Positions 20,268 to 31,114 of a stretch of 59,299 nt of DNA are shown here, one piece after another. The stretch is from contig JBBSTI010000001.1 of NCBI GenBank assembly GCA_038236005.1, positions 1 to 59,299 of the forward strand. Direction: 5' to 3'. The position numbers and the translations under genes were made by a program. The notes beneath the pieces are model-generated. The model saw nothing but the letters and a program-made list of their open reading frames with translations. It had not been told where the DNA came from and did not search any database. How positions within the stretch are numbered: position 1 is the stretch's first letter; each line of letters starts with the position of its first letter. The stretch is from Mycobacteriales bacterium (GTDB lineage Bacteria; Actinomycetota; Actinomycetes; Mycobacteriales; SCTD01).

Positions 20268-20326
20268 GAGACCCTCCTCCGCAACCGGGAACCTGGTCCG
20301 ACCAGACCAGGTGTCACACTAGCGCT

Positions 20327-21454
20327 GTGCTGATGCCCTGGTCCACGTTGCCGAACCTGGCTTCCGTGCGCCCGCACCTCGACGCGGTCACGGCAGCGGT
20401 GATCGGAGCGCTGCGGGAGCAGGTCCCGGCGTACGCCCGCCCGCTCGAGGGCGCGTTCGGGGAAGGGGTGCGACAGGGCGTCGGGGTCGCGCTGGGCCGG
20501 TTCCTGGACCTGCCGGGCACTGACCAACCGGCGCTGAGCCCCTCCGAGCGCGACGTGTACGTGGCGCTCGGACGCGGTGAGCTGCGCCAGGGACGCGAGC
20601 TGGAGACCCTGCTGGCCGCCTACCGGGTAGGCGCCCGAGTGGCGTTCCGGGAGTTTGCCGCGGCCGCTGGTGACCTGCCGGCTGATGTGCTGATCGGCCT
20701 GGCCGAGTCGGTGTTCGCCTACATCGATGAGCTGTCCGCGGCCTCGGCGCAGGGGTACGCCCGCGAGCAGTCGCTGCTCGCCGGGGAGTCCGGGCGCCGA
20801 CGGTCGGCTCTGCTCGCGATGCTGCTGACCCCACCGGTCGACGCCGAGGCCGCTCAGGCGGCGGCAAACCGGGCCTCGTGGGCACTGCCGTCGATCCTGG
20901 TCGCGGTGGTGGTGCCCGCGGAGCACGCCGACGGGCTCGGCACCGCGCTCGGGGACGCGGCGCTCGTCGGGGAGCACGCGTCCGCGGTGGTCGCGCTGGT
21001 CGCCCCGGGACCGCTGCGTGCCCTGAAGGGTCGTCAGGCCTGCGTCGGGCCGGCGCGACCGTGGGCCCAGGTGGCTGCGAGCCTGCGCCTGGCCGAGCTG
21101 GCGGCGGGGGTGCTGCCGCTGGGGGACACCGCGGTGCGGGTGGACGAGCACAGGGCCGTGCTCCTGCCGTTCGGGCTGCCGGACCTGGCTTGCGAGCTGG
21201 CCGCCGCACGGCTGGCGCCGCTGTCGGCGCTCGCTCCTGGCGTACAGGAAAGGCTCTCCGAGACCCTGCTCTCCTGGCTGCGGCACCGCGGCTCGCGGGC
21301 CGAGATCGCGGCCGAGCTGCACGTGCACACGCAGACCGTCGGCTATCGGCTCGGCCAGCTGCGCGAGGTGTTCGGCGAGGCGCTCGAGGACCCCGACGCG
21401 CGCTTCGAGCTGGAGCTGGCCCTGCGCTGGCGGGCTTCTCGTCCGGCCCCCTGA
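20327..21454 (+). CDS. PucR-family transcriptional regulator
   Basis: C-terminal PucR HTH (AAELHVHTQTVGYRLGQLREVFG). Confidence 0.8.
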   Translation: MLMPWSTLPNLASVRPHLDAVTAAVIGALREQVPAYARPLEGAFGEGVRQGVGVALGRFLDLPGTDQPALSPSERDVYVALGRGELRQGRELETLLAAYRVGARVAFREFAAAAGDLPADVLIGLAESVFAYIDELSAASAQGYAREQSLLAGESGRRRSALLAMLLTPPVDAEAAQAAANRASWALPSILVAVVVPAEHADGLGTALGDAALVGEHASAVVALVAPGPLRALKGRQACVGPARPWAQVAASLRLAELAAGVLPLGDTAVRVDEHRAVLLPFGLPDLACELAAARLAPLSALAPGVQERLSETLLSWLRHRGSRAEIAAELHVHTQTVGYRLGQLREVFGEALEDPDARFELELALRWRASRPAP

Positions 21455-21469
21455 GCCGCCTGCCCGCCC

Positions 21470-21552
21470 TCATCAGGGGATCCCCCGATGAGACCCGGGC
21501 CCATCGATTCTTCCCCCGACGTGGCCCCGGTCATCAGGGGATCCCCCGATGA
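21470..21552. repeat. Two exact copies of palindrome TCATCAGGGGATCCCCCGATGA, 61 bp apart
   Basis: Copies at 21470-21491 and 21531-21552. Same element and same spacing as at 6677-6759. Confidence 0.9.
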
Positions 21553-21700
21553 AGGGACTGGGCGCCGACACCACCGGCGAAGACGTCGGTGTGCTGCTCG
21601 CGGCAGCCGCCGACACCCGCGGCACGGTCGTCACGGTCTGACCTCAAGGGTGGCGGCCGACGCGCCGACCGACAGGGTGTCCCCTCCTGAAGGAACCCCC

Positions 21701-22633
21701 ATGAGCTACCGCTTGGTGACCCGCAGCGACTTCGACGGTCTGGTGTGCGCAGTCCTGCTGAAGCACCTGGGCCTGGTCGACGAGATCGCGTTCGTGCACC
21801 CCAAGGACGTCCAGGACGGGGTCACCGAGATCACCGACCGGGACATCCTGACCAACCTGCCGTACGCCCCGGGTGCGCACCTGGTCTTCGATCACCATCA
21901 TTCCGAGGTGATCCGGGTCGGCGAGCAGGCCAACTACGTGATGGACGCCGACGCGCCGTCGGCCGCAAGGGTGGTCTACGACTACTACGGCGGGGCGCAG
22001 CGGTTCCCGGACGTTTCCCCGGAGCTCATGCGCGCGGTGGACCAGGCCGACAGCGCCGACTACAGCCTGGACGAGGTGCTGAACCCCACCGGCTGGACGC
22101 TGTTGAACTACCTGATGGACTCGCGTACGGGCCTCGGTCAGTTCCGCGACTTCCGCATCTCGAACTACCAGCTGATGATGATGCTCATCGACGCCTGCAC
22201 CGAGCACACCGAGGTCGACGCGATCCTGGCCCTGCCGGACGTCGCCGAGCGGGTCGAGCTGTTCACCGAGCAGTCCGTCGCGTTCATCGAGCAGCTGCAG
22301 CGGGTCAGCACCCCGCACGGCGACGTCGTGGTCGTCGACCTCCGCGACGAGGACGTGATCCACGCCGGCAACCGGTTCATGGTCTACGCGCTGTTCCCCG
22401 ACGCCCGGGTGTCGGTGCACCTGATCTGGGGCCGCGCGAAGCTCAACACCGTGCTGGCGGTCGGGAAGTCGATCCTGGACCGCACCTCGCCTGCTGACAT
22501 CGGCGCGGTCATGCTCCGGCACGGCGGCGGCGGTCACCTCGCCGCCGGGACCTGCCAGGTGCCGCACGCGCAGACCGAAGCGGTGCTCGCGGACGTGCTG
22601 GCCTCGGTCGGCGCCGAGCGGGTCCTGGCCTGA
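21701..22633 (+). CDS. DHH-superfamily phosphoesterase (NrnB/exopolyphosphatase-like)
   Basis: DHH motifs RSDFDGLVCA (DxD) and VFDHHHSE. ATG 21701 is preceded by GGAA; the upstream part of ORF 21488-22633 covers the palindromes. Confidence 0.7.
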   Translation: MSYRLVTRSDFDGLVCAVLLKHLGLVDEIAFVHPKDVQDGVTEITDRDILTNLPYAPGAHLVFDHHHSEVIRVGEQANYVMDADAPSAARVVYDYYGGAQRFPDVSPELMRAVDQADSADYSLDEVLNPTGWTLLNYLMDSRTGLGQFRDFRISNYQLMMMLIDACTEHTEVDAILALPDVAERVELFTEQSVAFIEQLQRVSTPHGDVVVVDLRDEDVIHAGNRFMVYALFPDARVSVHLIWGRAKLNTVLAVGKSILDRTSPADIGAVMLRHGGGGHLAAGTCQVPHAQTEAVLADVLASVGAERVLA

Positions 22634-22654
22634 GCCACGGCCGCAGACAGGTGA

Positions 22655-23107
22655 TCAGCCCAGCGCGGCCAGGACCTGGGCCAGCTTGGCGGGCCGGCTG
22701 AACATCGGCCAGTGGCCCGAGTCGAGGTCGACGAGCGAGAGGTCCTTGACCTGGGCCAGCTCGGGGGCGTGGCCGCCGTCGATCGCCTCTTGTGCCTCGG
22801 CCGGGCTGAACTCGGGCGATCCGTGAAAGGTCCGACAGGGTCGTCACCGGTTCAGGGAACCAGTCGTCGGCCACAGGCGGTGTCAACCGTGCACCTCAGG
22901 AGCCCGGGCCGGGCTCGCTGGGTGCACGGGTCGTCGAGCGCTGGCGCCGGGTCCCCGGGCCTGTCCGAGCGCAGCACGTACCCAGGCGAAGTCCTCCGGG
23001 CTGGGCGGTCCGACTTCGGCGTCGATCTCTACCATCAGCTCGGTAAGACCCCCATGTCGCTCGTCCCTGCCCGAATAGACGACGTCGATCTTCGCGGGCT
23101 TGGGCAC
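22655..23107 (-). pseudogene. Degraded remnant containing the C-terminus of an alpha/beta hydrolase
   Basis: A start-less frame ending at 22655 reads ..SPEFSPAEAQEAIDGGHAPELAQVKDLSLVDLDSGHWPMFSRPAKLAQVLAALG* (catalytic-His region). Upstream ORF pieces are in other frames. The space is too short for a full hydrolase. Confidence 0.35.
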
Positions 23108-23191
23108 ACCGAAAGGCTACGACTGCCCGGACCCCGCCCCCACGCCGGAGGGCCCGTCGGATCGACGGGCCCTCCGGGTCATACGAAACAG

Positions 23192-25042
23192 TTAGAAAGC
23201 CGCCTCGTCCAGCTCCATCAGCGAAAGGTCGGTGGCCTGGGCGATGGCGAGCTGGGAGGTCAGCGCCGGGAAGACGTTGCCCGCGAACCACTTGGCAGCC
23301 GCGACCTTGCCCTCGTAGAACGCCTTGTCCCGGGCGGAGGCGGCGGGCAGCTTCTCCAGGGCGACGACGGCCTGACGCAGGAGCAGCCACCCGACGACCA
23401 GGTCACCGAGCGCCATCAGCAGCCGGGTCGTGTTGAGCCCGACCTTGTAGATGTTCGGCGAGGCGTCACGCGAGCCCTCCTGGGCCGACGCCATCAGCTC
23501 GGTGACGTGGTAGCCGACCAGGCCCTGTACGTCCTCGACGGCCTGCGCCAGCAGCCCACGCTCGGTCGCAAGCACACCGTTGCCGGCGTCACCCTTTGCG
23601 AGATCGAGCATCTGACCGGTCAGGGTGCCGAGCGCCTGACCCTGGTCCCGGACGATCTTGCGGAAGAACAGGTCGATGCCCTGGATCGAGGTGGTCCCCT
23701 CGTACAGGGTGTCGATCTTGGCGTCCCGGATGTACTGCTCGATCGGGTAGTCCATCGTGTAGCCCGAGCCGCCGAAGATCTGCAGGCTGGTGGCGAGCAG
23801 CTCGTAGGCCTTCTCGCTGCCGTAGCCCTTGACGAGCGGCAGGAGCAGGTCGTTCGTGCGTACGAGAAGCTCGTCGACCTCGCCGTCAGCCTTGGACAGC
23901 TCGATCTTGTCCTGGGTGGTCGCGGTGAACATCACCAGCGCACGCATGCCCTCGGCCCAGGCCTTCTGACGCATCAGCATCAGGCGTACGTCCGGGTGGT
24001 GGCTGATCGTCACGCGCGGCGCGGCCTTGTTGGTCATCTCGGTAAGGTCGGCGCCCTGCACCCGGATCTTGGCGTACTCGAGCGCATTCAGGTAGCCGGC
24101 CGACAGGGTGCTGATCGCCTTGGCACCGACCATCATCCGGGCGTACTCGATGACGTCGAACATCTGCGCGATGCCGTTGTGGACGTCGCCGACCAGGGTA
24201 CCGATCGCCGGGTGCTTCTCGCCGAAGGTGAGCTCGCACGTCGTCGAGACCTTCAGGCCCATCTTCTTCTCGAGGTTGGTGACGTACGCACCATTGCGTT
24301 CGCCGAGGTTGCCCTCGTCGTCGACCAGGAACTTCGGGACCAGGAACAGCGAGAGGCCCTTGGTGCCGGGGCCGCCGACGCCCTCGATGCCCACCGGGCG
24401 GGCGAGCACGAGGTGGAAGATGTTCTCCGGCCCGTCCCACTCAGCGCTGGTGATGAAGCGCTTGACGCCCTCGATGTGCCAGGTGCCGTCGTCCTGCAGG
24501 TGCGCGGTCGCACGGCCGGCGCCGACGTCGGAGCCCGCGTCGGGCTCGGTGAGCACCATCGTGGCGCCCCAACCCTTGTCGATCGCCTGCTGCGCGAACC
24601 GCTTCTGCGCCTCGTTGCCGTTGTCGTGCAGGATCTGCGCGAAGGCCGCGCCGCTGCTGTAGAGGTAGATGCCGGGGTTGCTGCCCAGCACCATCTCCGA
24701 GACCGCCCAGATCAGGCTCGGCGGGGCGCCGATGCCGCCCAGCTCCTCGCGGATCATCAGCTTGTCCCAGCCGCCCTCGGCGAACGTCTGGTAGCTCGCC
24801 AGGAACTCCGGGGGCAGCGTCACGTCGCCGGTCGCCTTGTCGAAGACCGGCGGGTTGCGGTCACCAACCTCGAAGCTCGCCGCCAGGTCGTTGGTCGCGA
24901 GGCGCTCGACCGCACGCAGCACGTCCTTGGCGCTGTCGACGTCCAGGCCTGCGAACGGGCCCTGGCCGAGGCTCTGGTCGGCACCGAACACCTCGAACAG
25001 GTTGAACTCGATGTCACGGAGGTTGCTCTTGTAGTGGCCCAC
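23192..25042 (-). CDS. fadE: Large acyl-CoA dehydrogenase (FadE5-like, about 616 aa)
   Basis: N-terminus (V)[17 protein letters not shown], the ACAD middle and C-terminal domains, plus an extra C-terminal helical domain. GTG 25042. Confidence 0.9.
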   Translation of the reverse strand: MGHYKSNLRDIEFNLFEVFGADQSLGQGPFAGLDVDSAKDVLRAVERLATNDLAASFEVGDRNPPVFDKATGDVTLPPEFLASYQTFAEGGWDKLMIREELGGIGAPPSLIWAVSEMVLGSNPGIYLYSSGAAFAQILHDNGNEAQKRFAQQAIDKGWGATMVLTEPDAGSDVGAGRATAHLQDDGTWHIEGVKRFITSAEWDGPENIFHLVLARPVGIEGVGGPGTKGLSLFLVPKFLVDDEGNLGERNGAYVTNLEKKMGLKVSTTCELTFGEKHPAIGTLVGDVHNGIAQMFDVIEYARMMVGAKAISTLSAGYLNALEYAKIRVQGADLTEMTNKAAPRVTISHHPDVRLMLMRQKAWAEGMRALVMFTATTQDKIELSKADGEVDELLVRTNDLLLPLVKGYGSEKAYELLATSLQIFGGSGYTMDYPIEQYIRDAKIDTLYEGTTSIQGIDLFFRKIVRDQGQALGTLTGQMLDLAKGDAGNGVLATERGLLAQAVEDVQGLVGYHVTELMASAQEGSRDASPNIYKVGLNTTRLLMALGDLVVGWLLLRQAVVALEKLPAASARDKAFYEGKVAAAKWFAGNVFPALTSQLAIAQATDLSLMELDEAAF

Positions 25043-25222
25043 GGCCTGGCTCCTGTCTCGTTCGGGTGGCACACGCCTACCCGTCGGTAACGGCAGCATG
25101 CTACTGACCAGTAACAAAGGCAAGTCGCCGTTCGTACGAACAGTCTCGGCATCTGGTTGCGCCGACTGCATCAGGCAGCGTCGTCGCATCCCCCGGACGC
25201 CCGTCGCGTCCCCCGGACAGCC

Positions 25223-25258
25223 GACAGCGCCCGGGCGATGCTCTCGCCGGGCGCTGTC
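25223..25258 (-). terminator. GC-rich stem-loop downstream of the AGCS transporter gene
   Basis: GACAGCGCCCGG..CCGGGCGCTGTC, 12-bp stem, 45 nt after the stop at 25303. No clear U-tract. Confidence 0.55.
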
Positions 25259-25302
25259 GTCGTGCTTGCCGGGTGCGTGCCGGGTGCTGCAGTGCGTCGG
25301 GG

Positions 25303-26871
25303 TTACTTCTCCAAGGACGTGACCGGGGCTTCCAGGTCCGGCGGGTCGTTCAGCAGCGTGCCCGCCTTGTACTCGGCGAAGTAGCTCTTCATCTCCTTCT
25401 TCACGACCGGCAGCAGGAGGTAGACCCCGGCCAGGTTGACGAAGGCGCAGAGGAACAGCATCGCGTCGGCGAAGTCGAGCACCTGGCCGAAGTTGAGCAC
25501 CGACCCGATCACGACGAACGTGCAGAAGATGAGCTTGAAGGTGAGCTCGGAGCGCGGGCTGCGACCGAACAGGGTCGTCCAGGCCTTGAGGCCGTAGTAG
25601 CTCCAGGTCAGCAGGGTCGAGAAGGCAAACAGCGCCACGGCCAGCGCCAGCACGTTCGGGAACCAGGAGACGACGGACTCAAAGGCCCCGGAGGTGACGA
25701 CGACGCCGTCGGGCGCGGCCCCGCCGGCCTCGACCGCGGCGCGGCCGTCGAGCCAGATCTGTGGACGGGCGATGACGATGGTCAGCGCGGTCATCGTGCA
25801 GACCACGACGGTGTCGATGAACGGCTCGAGCAGCGCCACGAAGCCTTCGCTGACCGGACGCCGGGTCTTGGCGGCGGAGTGCGCGATCGGGGCGGAGCCG
25901 AGGCCGGCCTCGTTGGAGAACGCGGCCCGCTGGAAGCCGATGATGAGAACGCCCAGGAACCCGCCTGCGACGCCCTCGCCGGTGAACGCTCCGCTGAAGA
26001 TGTCGCTGACAGCGCCGGGGACCTGGCCGGCGTTGGTCACGATGACGATGAGGCAGGCGAGGACGTAGATGAGACCCATCGCCGGGACGAGCCGGCCGGT
26101 GATGTTGCCGATGGACTTGATCCCGCCCAGGATCACGATGCCGACCAGGAAGGCGAGGGTGAGACCGAAGAGCAGGGCGGCCGCGTCGCTCGCGAGGAAG
26201 CCGTCGTCACCGCCGGTGACGTTCCTGGCCTGGGCGTAGGTCTGGTTGGCCTGGAACATGTTGCCGCCGGCGAGGCCGAACGCGGTGATCGACACCGCGA
26301 ACACGCCGGTCAGGAACTTGGCGGGCATCTCACCGAAGCGGGCGAAGGCGATCGGCAGATAGCTGAACGGCCCGCCGCTGACCGAGCCGTCCTCATGGAT
26401 CGTGCGGTACTTCACGCCGAGCGTGCACTCGGCGAACTTCGTCGCCATCCCGAGCAGCCCGGCGACGATCATCCAGAACGTCGCACCTGGCCCGCCGACC
26501 GTGACCGCGACGCCGACCCCGGCGATGTTGCCGAGCCCGACGGTTCCGGAGACGGCGGCCGTCAGGGCCTGGAAGTGCGAGATCTCGCCGGGATCGGTGC
26601 TCTTGCTGAACTTGCCTCGGATGACCTGGAGGGCGATCTTGATGCCGCGGACCTGGATGAAGCCGAAGTAGATCGTGAAGATGATCGCCGCGGCGACGAG
26701 CCAGAACACCACGATCGGTCGGGGAGTGCCGTTGATCGGCACCTCGAAGAAGATGATCTTCGTCGCGACGGTGTTGATCGGCTCGAAGACGGTGTTGATC
26801 GCGTTCTCGATGGACTGAAGGGCACCTCCCTCAGCGGCAAGGATGATGGGGGGTTCGGTCAGCGGAAGCAT
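25303..26871 (-). CDS. Alanine/glycine:cation symporter (AGCS family)
   Basis: Sodium:alanine symporter family features ([34 protein letters not shown]). Confidence 0.9.
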   Translation of the reverse strand: MLPLTEPPIILAAEGGALQSIENAINTVFEPINTVATKIIFFEVPINGTPRPIVVFWLVAAAIIFTIYFGFIQVRGIKIALQVIRGKFSKSTDPGEISHFQALTAAVSGTVGLGNIAGVGVAVTVGGPGATFWMIVAGLLGMATKFAECTLGVKYRTIHEDGSVSGGPFSYLPIAFARFGEMPAKFLTGVFAVSITAFGLAGGNMFQANQTYAQARNVTGGDDGFLASDAAALLFGLTLAFLVGIVILGGIKSIGNITGRLVPAMGLIYVLACLIVIVTNAGQVPGAVSDIFSGAFTGEGVAGGFLGVLIIGFQRAAFSNEAGLGSAPIAHSAAKTRRPVSEGFVALLEPFIDTVVVCTMTALTIVIARPQIWLDGRAAVEAGGAAPDGVVVTSGAFESVVSWFPNVLALAVALFAFSTLLTWSYYGLKAWTTLFGRSPRSELTFKLIFCTFVVIGSVLNFGQVLDFADAMLFLCAFVNLAGVYLLLPVVKKEMKSYFAEYKAGTLLNDPPDLEAPVTSLEK

Positions 26872-27001
26872 GCTGCACTAGACCGGTTAAACCCCCAGCA
26901 CGCAAGCCGAAGTGCCCGATACGAGCAGTATTGACGTAAAAGTAACGTGACTTGCGCCTATGACTCGGGTCACACTGCGACCCAGCGTGACTCTGGGTAC
27001 C

Positions 27002-27982
27002 TCAGCGAATCGCGAGAGTCACCTTGCCGGTCGCCCGGCGCTCGTCCAGCTCGGCCAGCGCTTCGGCGGCCCGGTCCATCGAGAAGGAGGCACCGAGCAC
27101 CGGGGTGAGCCGACCGGCCTCGAGATGGGGCAGCAGGTCGGCCCACTGCTCCTGCAGGAAGGGGACCCCGGCCACCGTCCAGAACGCGCCCCAGCCGACC
27201 CCGACGACGGAGACGTTGTTGAGCAGCAGCCGGTTGACCCGAACGGTCGGGATCTCGCCACCGGTAAAGCCGATCACCAGCAGGCGTCCCTCGGGCGCGA
27301 GGCTGCGCAGCGAGTCGGTGAACCGGTCTCCGCCGACCGGGTCGACGATCACGTCGACGCCCCTGCCGTCGGTGAGCTCCTTGACGGAAGCCTTGAACCC
27401 GTCGGCGAGCACGACCTCGTCGGCGCCGGCCTCGGTCGCTGCCGCCTTCTTGTCCTCGGTGGAGACGACCGCGATCACCTTCGCACCGAGCGCCTTCGCC
27501 AGCTGGGTGGCTGCGGTGCCGACCCCGCCGGCCGCTCCATGGACCAGCACCGTCTCGCCGGCCCGCAGCTGCCCGCGTCGCACGAGGGCGAAGTGCACGG
27601 TCAGGTAGTTCATCGGCAGGGCGGCGCCCTGGGCGAACGACAGCGCCTCGGGCAGCGGGAACACCATCACCGGGTCGCAGGCCACGGTCTCGGCGAAGCC
27701 ACCGGTGCCGGGAAACGCGACCACCCGGTCACCGCTGCTGAAGCCGGAACCCTCTGGTGCTGTACGCACCACGCCCGCCACCTCCGAGCCCGGCGTGAAC
27801 GGCAGCTCCGGCTTGAGCTGGTAGAGCCCGCGCGTCTGCAGGACCTCCGGGAAGCTGACGCCAGCGGCGTGGACGTCGATGACGACAGCGCCCGGGCCTG
27901 CGACCTCGCCGGCATCAGGAACCTCACGCACCTCCACGGCCGCAGGTCCGTCGAGGGTGGTGATCTGAACGGCGCGCATCAT
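27002..27982 (-). CDS. NADPH:quinone oxidoreductase (zinc-independent MDR)
   Basis: Qor-like fold with LVHGAAGGVGTAA cofactor motif. The start overlaps the stop of the upstream PTE gene (ATGA). Confidence 0.9.
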   Translation of the reverse strand: MMRAVQITTLDGPAAVEVREVPDAGEVAGPGAVVIDVHAAGVSFPEVLQTRGLYQLKPELPFTPGSEVAGVVRTAPEGSGFSSGDRVVAFPGTGGFAETVACDPVMVFPLPEALSFAQGAALPMNYLTVHFALVRRGQLRAGETVLVHGAAGGVGTAATQLAKALGAKVIAVVSTEDKKAAATEAGADEVVLADGFKASVKELTDGRGVDVIVDPVGGDRFTDSLRSLAPEGRLLVIGFTGGEIPTVRVNRLLLNNVSVVGVGWGAFWTVAGVPFLQEQWADLLPHLEAGRLTPVLGASFSMDRAAEALAELDERRATGKVTLAIR

Positions 27983-28986
27983 GCTCCAGTCGGGTCGGGC
28001 TCGAAGAGCCGGCGGGGAACGTCTACCAGCATCGTGTCCAGCTGCGCCTCGGTGACGCCCTGCTCGCGGAGATAGGGCAGCACCTTCTGCTCCAGGTGGA
28101 GGTAGTGCCAGTCCGGCAGGAACGCCATGACGTCAGGGTCGATCCAGTCGATGTAGCAGGAGGCGTCCTGCGACAGAGACATCGAGGCGGCATAACCCCG
28201 CCGGCACAGCTCGACGACCGTGTCGGCGCGGCTCTCCATGGTGTTCTCGAGGTAGATGCCGAAGCGGTCCATCCCGAGGACGAAGCCGGCGTCGGCCAGC
28301 TCGACGAGGTGGTCGACATCGGCCGCGTCCGGGCCGATGTCACCGCTGTGGCCGAGCACGACCCGCCGCGGGTCGACACCCTCCTCGTCGCACAGGACCC
28401 GTTTGACGTCGAGCCCCGTACGCGTCGCCGGGTGGGTGTGCACGGTCACCGGGACGCCGGTCTGTCGCTGGGCCTTGCCGACCGCGCGCATGATCCGCTC
28501 GACGCCCGGCGTCATGCCGGGTGCGTCGATCGCGCACTTGAGGAAGCCGGCCCGCACGTCCGTCCCGGAGATCCCCTGCTCGATGTCCTTGACGAACATG
28601 TCGACCATCGGGTCCGGCACGTCGATGCCCAGCACGGGGGTGAGTGCGGGACCCCGGTAGTGGAAATACATCGGGACCGAGTCGTAGGTGTAGACGCCGG
28701 TCGCCACCACGATCTGCAGCTCTGGGACCTGCGCCGCGATCTTGGCGACCCGGGGCACATCACGCCCGAGCCCGATCACGGTGGGATCCAGGATCGTGCG
28801 AACACCGGCTGCTGCCAGCGCCTTGAGGCGGGTCACCGCGTCCTGGATGCGCGCCTGCTCGTCGCCCCAGTGCTCCGGGTGGTTCTGCTGCACGTCGGGC
28901 GTCAGCACGAACACGTGCTCATGGACCAGCGTGCGGCCGAGATCGGCCGCCTCGACGGGTCCTTGGACGGTCTGGACCAGACTCAT
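27979..28986 (-). CDS. Phosphotriesterase-related (amidohydrolase/PTE family) protein
   Basis: Metal-ligand motif TLVHEHV and a TIM-barrel PTE pattern. ATG 28986 has a strong GGAGG 6 nt upstream. Confidence 0.9.
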   Translation of the reverse strand: MSLVQTVQGPVEAADLGRTLVHEHVFVLTPDVQQNHPEHWGDEQARIQDAVTRLKALAAAGVRTILDPTVIGLGRDVPRVAKIAAQVPELQIVVATGVYTYDSVPMYFHYRGPALTPVLGIDVPDPMVDMFVKDIEQGISGTDVRAGFLKCAIDAPGMTPGVERIMRAVGKAQRQTGVPVTVHTHPATRTGLDVKRVLCDEEGVDPRRVVLGHSGDIGPDAADVDHLVELADAGFVLGMDRFGIYLENTMESRADTVVELCRRGYAASMSLSQDASCYIDWIDPDVMAFLPDWHYLHLEQKVLPYLREQGVTEAQLDTMLVDVPRRLFEPDPTGA

Positions 28987-29062
28987 GACGGCCTCCGGTA
29001 GGGGGAGTGACGTGGCGTGCGACACGGTACGGGCCGGGTCCGACAGCCCGGTCGGCAGGAGG

Positions 29063-30907
29063 TCAGCCCCGACCGAACAGGCCCTTCTTCTTCTGCTTGC
29101 TCAGAGGTGCGCCCACCGGGTGCCGGGCAACGGGTCGGGTTTCCTGGTCGTCCGGCTCGTCGTCGTCGAACCCCACCGACGACAGCTCGCGCAGCAGGGA
29201 CGCGGTGTCGGTGTCCTGGCCGGCCCAGACCGGCGAGTCGTCCTCAGGCTCGTACGCAGCCACGGTCGGTGCTGCGTCCTGATCGACCTGGTCGGACCGG
29301 GTGTCCGCCGTGGGTGCCTCCGACGCCTCCGACGCGTAGGAGGCCTCGAACAGCTCGGCGCGCGCCTGGGTGGCCAGTGCCACGTCGTCCTCCGGAGAGG
29401 GCGGTTGGGAAGGGATCTGGCCCCGGCTGGTCCGGGCCTCGGCGCGCTCTGCTTCGGCCCGTTCGGTCTCCGCCCTTTCGGCTTCCGCCCGCTCTGCTTC
29501 GACGCGTTCGGTCTGGACGCGTTCGGCTTCGGCCCGTTCGTTCTCGACACGCTCTGTTTCTGCTCGCATGTTCTCGGCCCGTTCGGCCTCCGCCCGTTCG
29601 GTCCCGATGCGTTCGGCCTCGGCCCGTTCGGCCTCGATGCGTTCGGCCTCGGCCCGTTCGGCCTCGACCGCGTCCTCGGTGGGGTCCTCGTGTGCGCCGT
29701 CCGGGTCGACCGGGCGACCCAGGGCACGACGTGCAGCGAGATCGACGACGATGGCGTCCGGGGTCTCGGCCGGGCCGGTCGTCTGCGCGGCGAGGGCCGC
29801 GTTGCGGGCGGCCTCCAGCTCCGCCTGAGCCGCGAGCAGCTCTGCGGCATCGCCAGGCCGTCGGGCCACGTCCCTTCGACGCAGCGCCTCCCGCTCCTCG
29901 GCGAGCTGCACCTGCGACTGGTCCGGCCCGGTCTCGGGCAGCGGTGGCTTGGCGAAGGCGGCGAACAGGTCTTCGCCCGGTCGCCCGGGGCCGAGCATGG
30001 CCGACAGCGAGTCAGAGACCCGGTGCAGCGTGTCCTCGACGTTCTCGTCCGCGCGCCCGGCGCCCGGCGCGGGGGGCTCGTCCTCCCGGTTCGACCGGTC
30101 GCCCGGCGCGAAGGCCGCCATCAGGGCGGCTGGCACCGCTGGCTCGACCGACTCGCCCGCCGGCTCGACCGTCTCCGCCGGCTCGTCTGCTGGTGGGGCG
30201 AGCACCTCGACCAGCCCCGCGGTCACGAGGGTCGAGACGACGCCGGCAGCCTCGTACAGGGTGAAGCCGCCGTCGCGCGCCAGCTCGGCGACCGTACGCA
30301 GACCGTCGACCTTGCACAGCAACGACCAGGCGTCCGGGTCGATCGCGAGCTCGGCCTCGGTGTTCCCGGCGGAGGCGAGGACGGGCACCGAGGAGCCCCC
30401 AGGGACCTGGGCGCGGATGGCCTGCCAGCTCTCCCTGCGCCGTTCGACCTCGGCCAGCAGCTCTGCGACCTCGACCGGCGTCGCGACGTCCTCTCGGGTG
30501 CGCTCGTTGACCCGGAACCGCCAGGTGCCCTCGTCCCAGACCAACAGGTCGGCCATCGCTGAGCGCAGCTGCTCCTGGACGAAGGCCTCGACGACCGGCT
30601 GCTCGACGTAGCCGAGGTGCACGAGCAGCTCGCCGAGCCGCCAGCCCTGCAGCTCGGTGCGCTGCGCCTCGATCGCGTCCGCCAGGGACTCGGGGGCGAG
30701 GTCGCCGCTGCTGACCAGCCGGGAGCCGAGTGCGGGTGAGGAGCGGCCCGGGGCGACCACGGAGTAGACCCGGCCGCTGCGGAGGTAGACCTTCGCCTGC
30801 TCGCCGACCGCGTCCTTCACGTGCAGGCAGCCGCTGGAACCGCCGTCCGCCAGCTGAGCGAGGACAGCCGGCAGACCTGCCTCGCTGATCGCGCCCTTGA
30901 GCACCAC
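29063..30907 (-). CDS. DUF4388 (PATAN-like) domain protein with a long acidic/basic pentapeptide-repeat tail
   Basis: N-terminal L.G.I...GLPAVLAQL....SGCLHV.....AKVYLRSGRVY pattern typical of DUF4388. 15 consecutive A/T-E-R-x-E pentapeptides are encoded at about 29436-29672. GTG 30907 lies after GAAGAGG. Confidence 0.75.
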   Translation of the reverse strand: MVLKGAISEAGLPAVLAQLADGGSSGCLHVKDAVGEQAKVYLRSGRVYSVVAPGRSSPALGSRLVSSGDLAPESLADAIEAQRTELQGWRLGELLVHLGYVEQPVVEAFVQEQLRSAMADLLVWDEGTWRFRVNERTREDVATPVEVAELLAEVERRRESWQAIRAQVPGGSSVPVLASAGNTEAELAIDPDAWSLLCKVDGLRTVAELARDGGFTLYEAAGVVSTLVTAGLVEVLAPPADEPAETVEPAGESVEPAVPAALMAAFAPGDRSNREDEPPAPGAGRADENVEDTLHRVSDSLSAMLGPGRPGEDLFAAFAKPPLPETGPDQSQVQLAEEREALRRRDVARRPGDAAELLAAQAELEAARNAALAAQTTGPAETPDAIVVDLAARRALGRPVDPDGAHEDPTEDAVEAERAEAERIEAERAEAERIGTERAEAERAENMRAETERVENERAEAERVQTERVEAERAEAERAETERAEAERAEARTSRGQIPSQPPSPEDDVALATQARAELFEASYASEASEAPTADTRSDQVDQDAAPTVAAYEPEDDSPVWAGQDTDTASLLRELSSVGFDDDEPDDQETRPVARHPVGAPLSKQKKKGLFGRG

Positions 30908-31114
30908 GCCTGCACCTCTTCGTGTTCCTCGTCCGTGTGTCTGCGCTCGTGACTTCGGCAGGACAGGGGGTGACGTTGAGGGCGCGTCGTCATCTCGTAC
31001 GCGCACTTTTCTGGTAAGGAGGAGCGGATCTGTCACCATGGGGCTACGGCCTGGCGCGATGCTGCCTCCTGCGTCGCGCGTCCGAGGCCGACCTACGAAA
31101 CGATCGGAGCTCCG

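Noticed and set aside
22712-25090. 792-aa + strand ORF, and similar long ORFs (6912-8294 -, 12643-14415 -, 14045-16063 -, 25273-26934 +, 28742-30562 +, 29017-30264 +, 50035-51591 +, 46765-48240 +)
   Set aside because: All are antisense or out-of-frame to genes with clear family signatures. They have Arg/Pro/Gly/Ala-dominated low-complexity translations typical of shadow ORFs in very high-GC DNA.
26872-27001. Glycine riboswitch upstream of the AGCS alanine/glycine symporter
   Set aside because: AGCS genes often carry glycine riboswitches, but I could not find the conserved GGAGAG..CACCG..GGGCAA-type cores on the minus strand. Only an AT-rich promoter-like patch is visible. An Infernal scan is needed to be sure.
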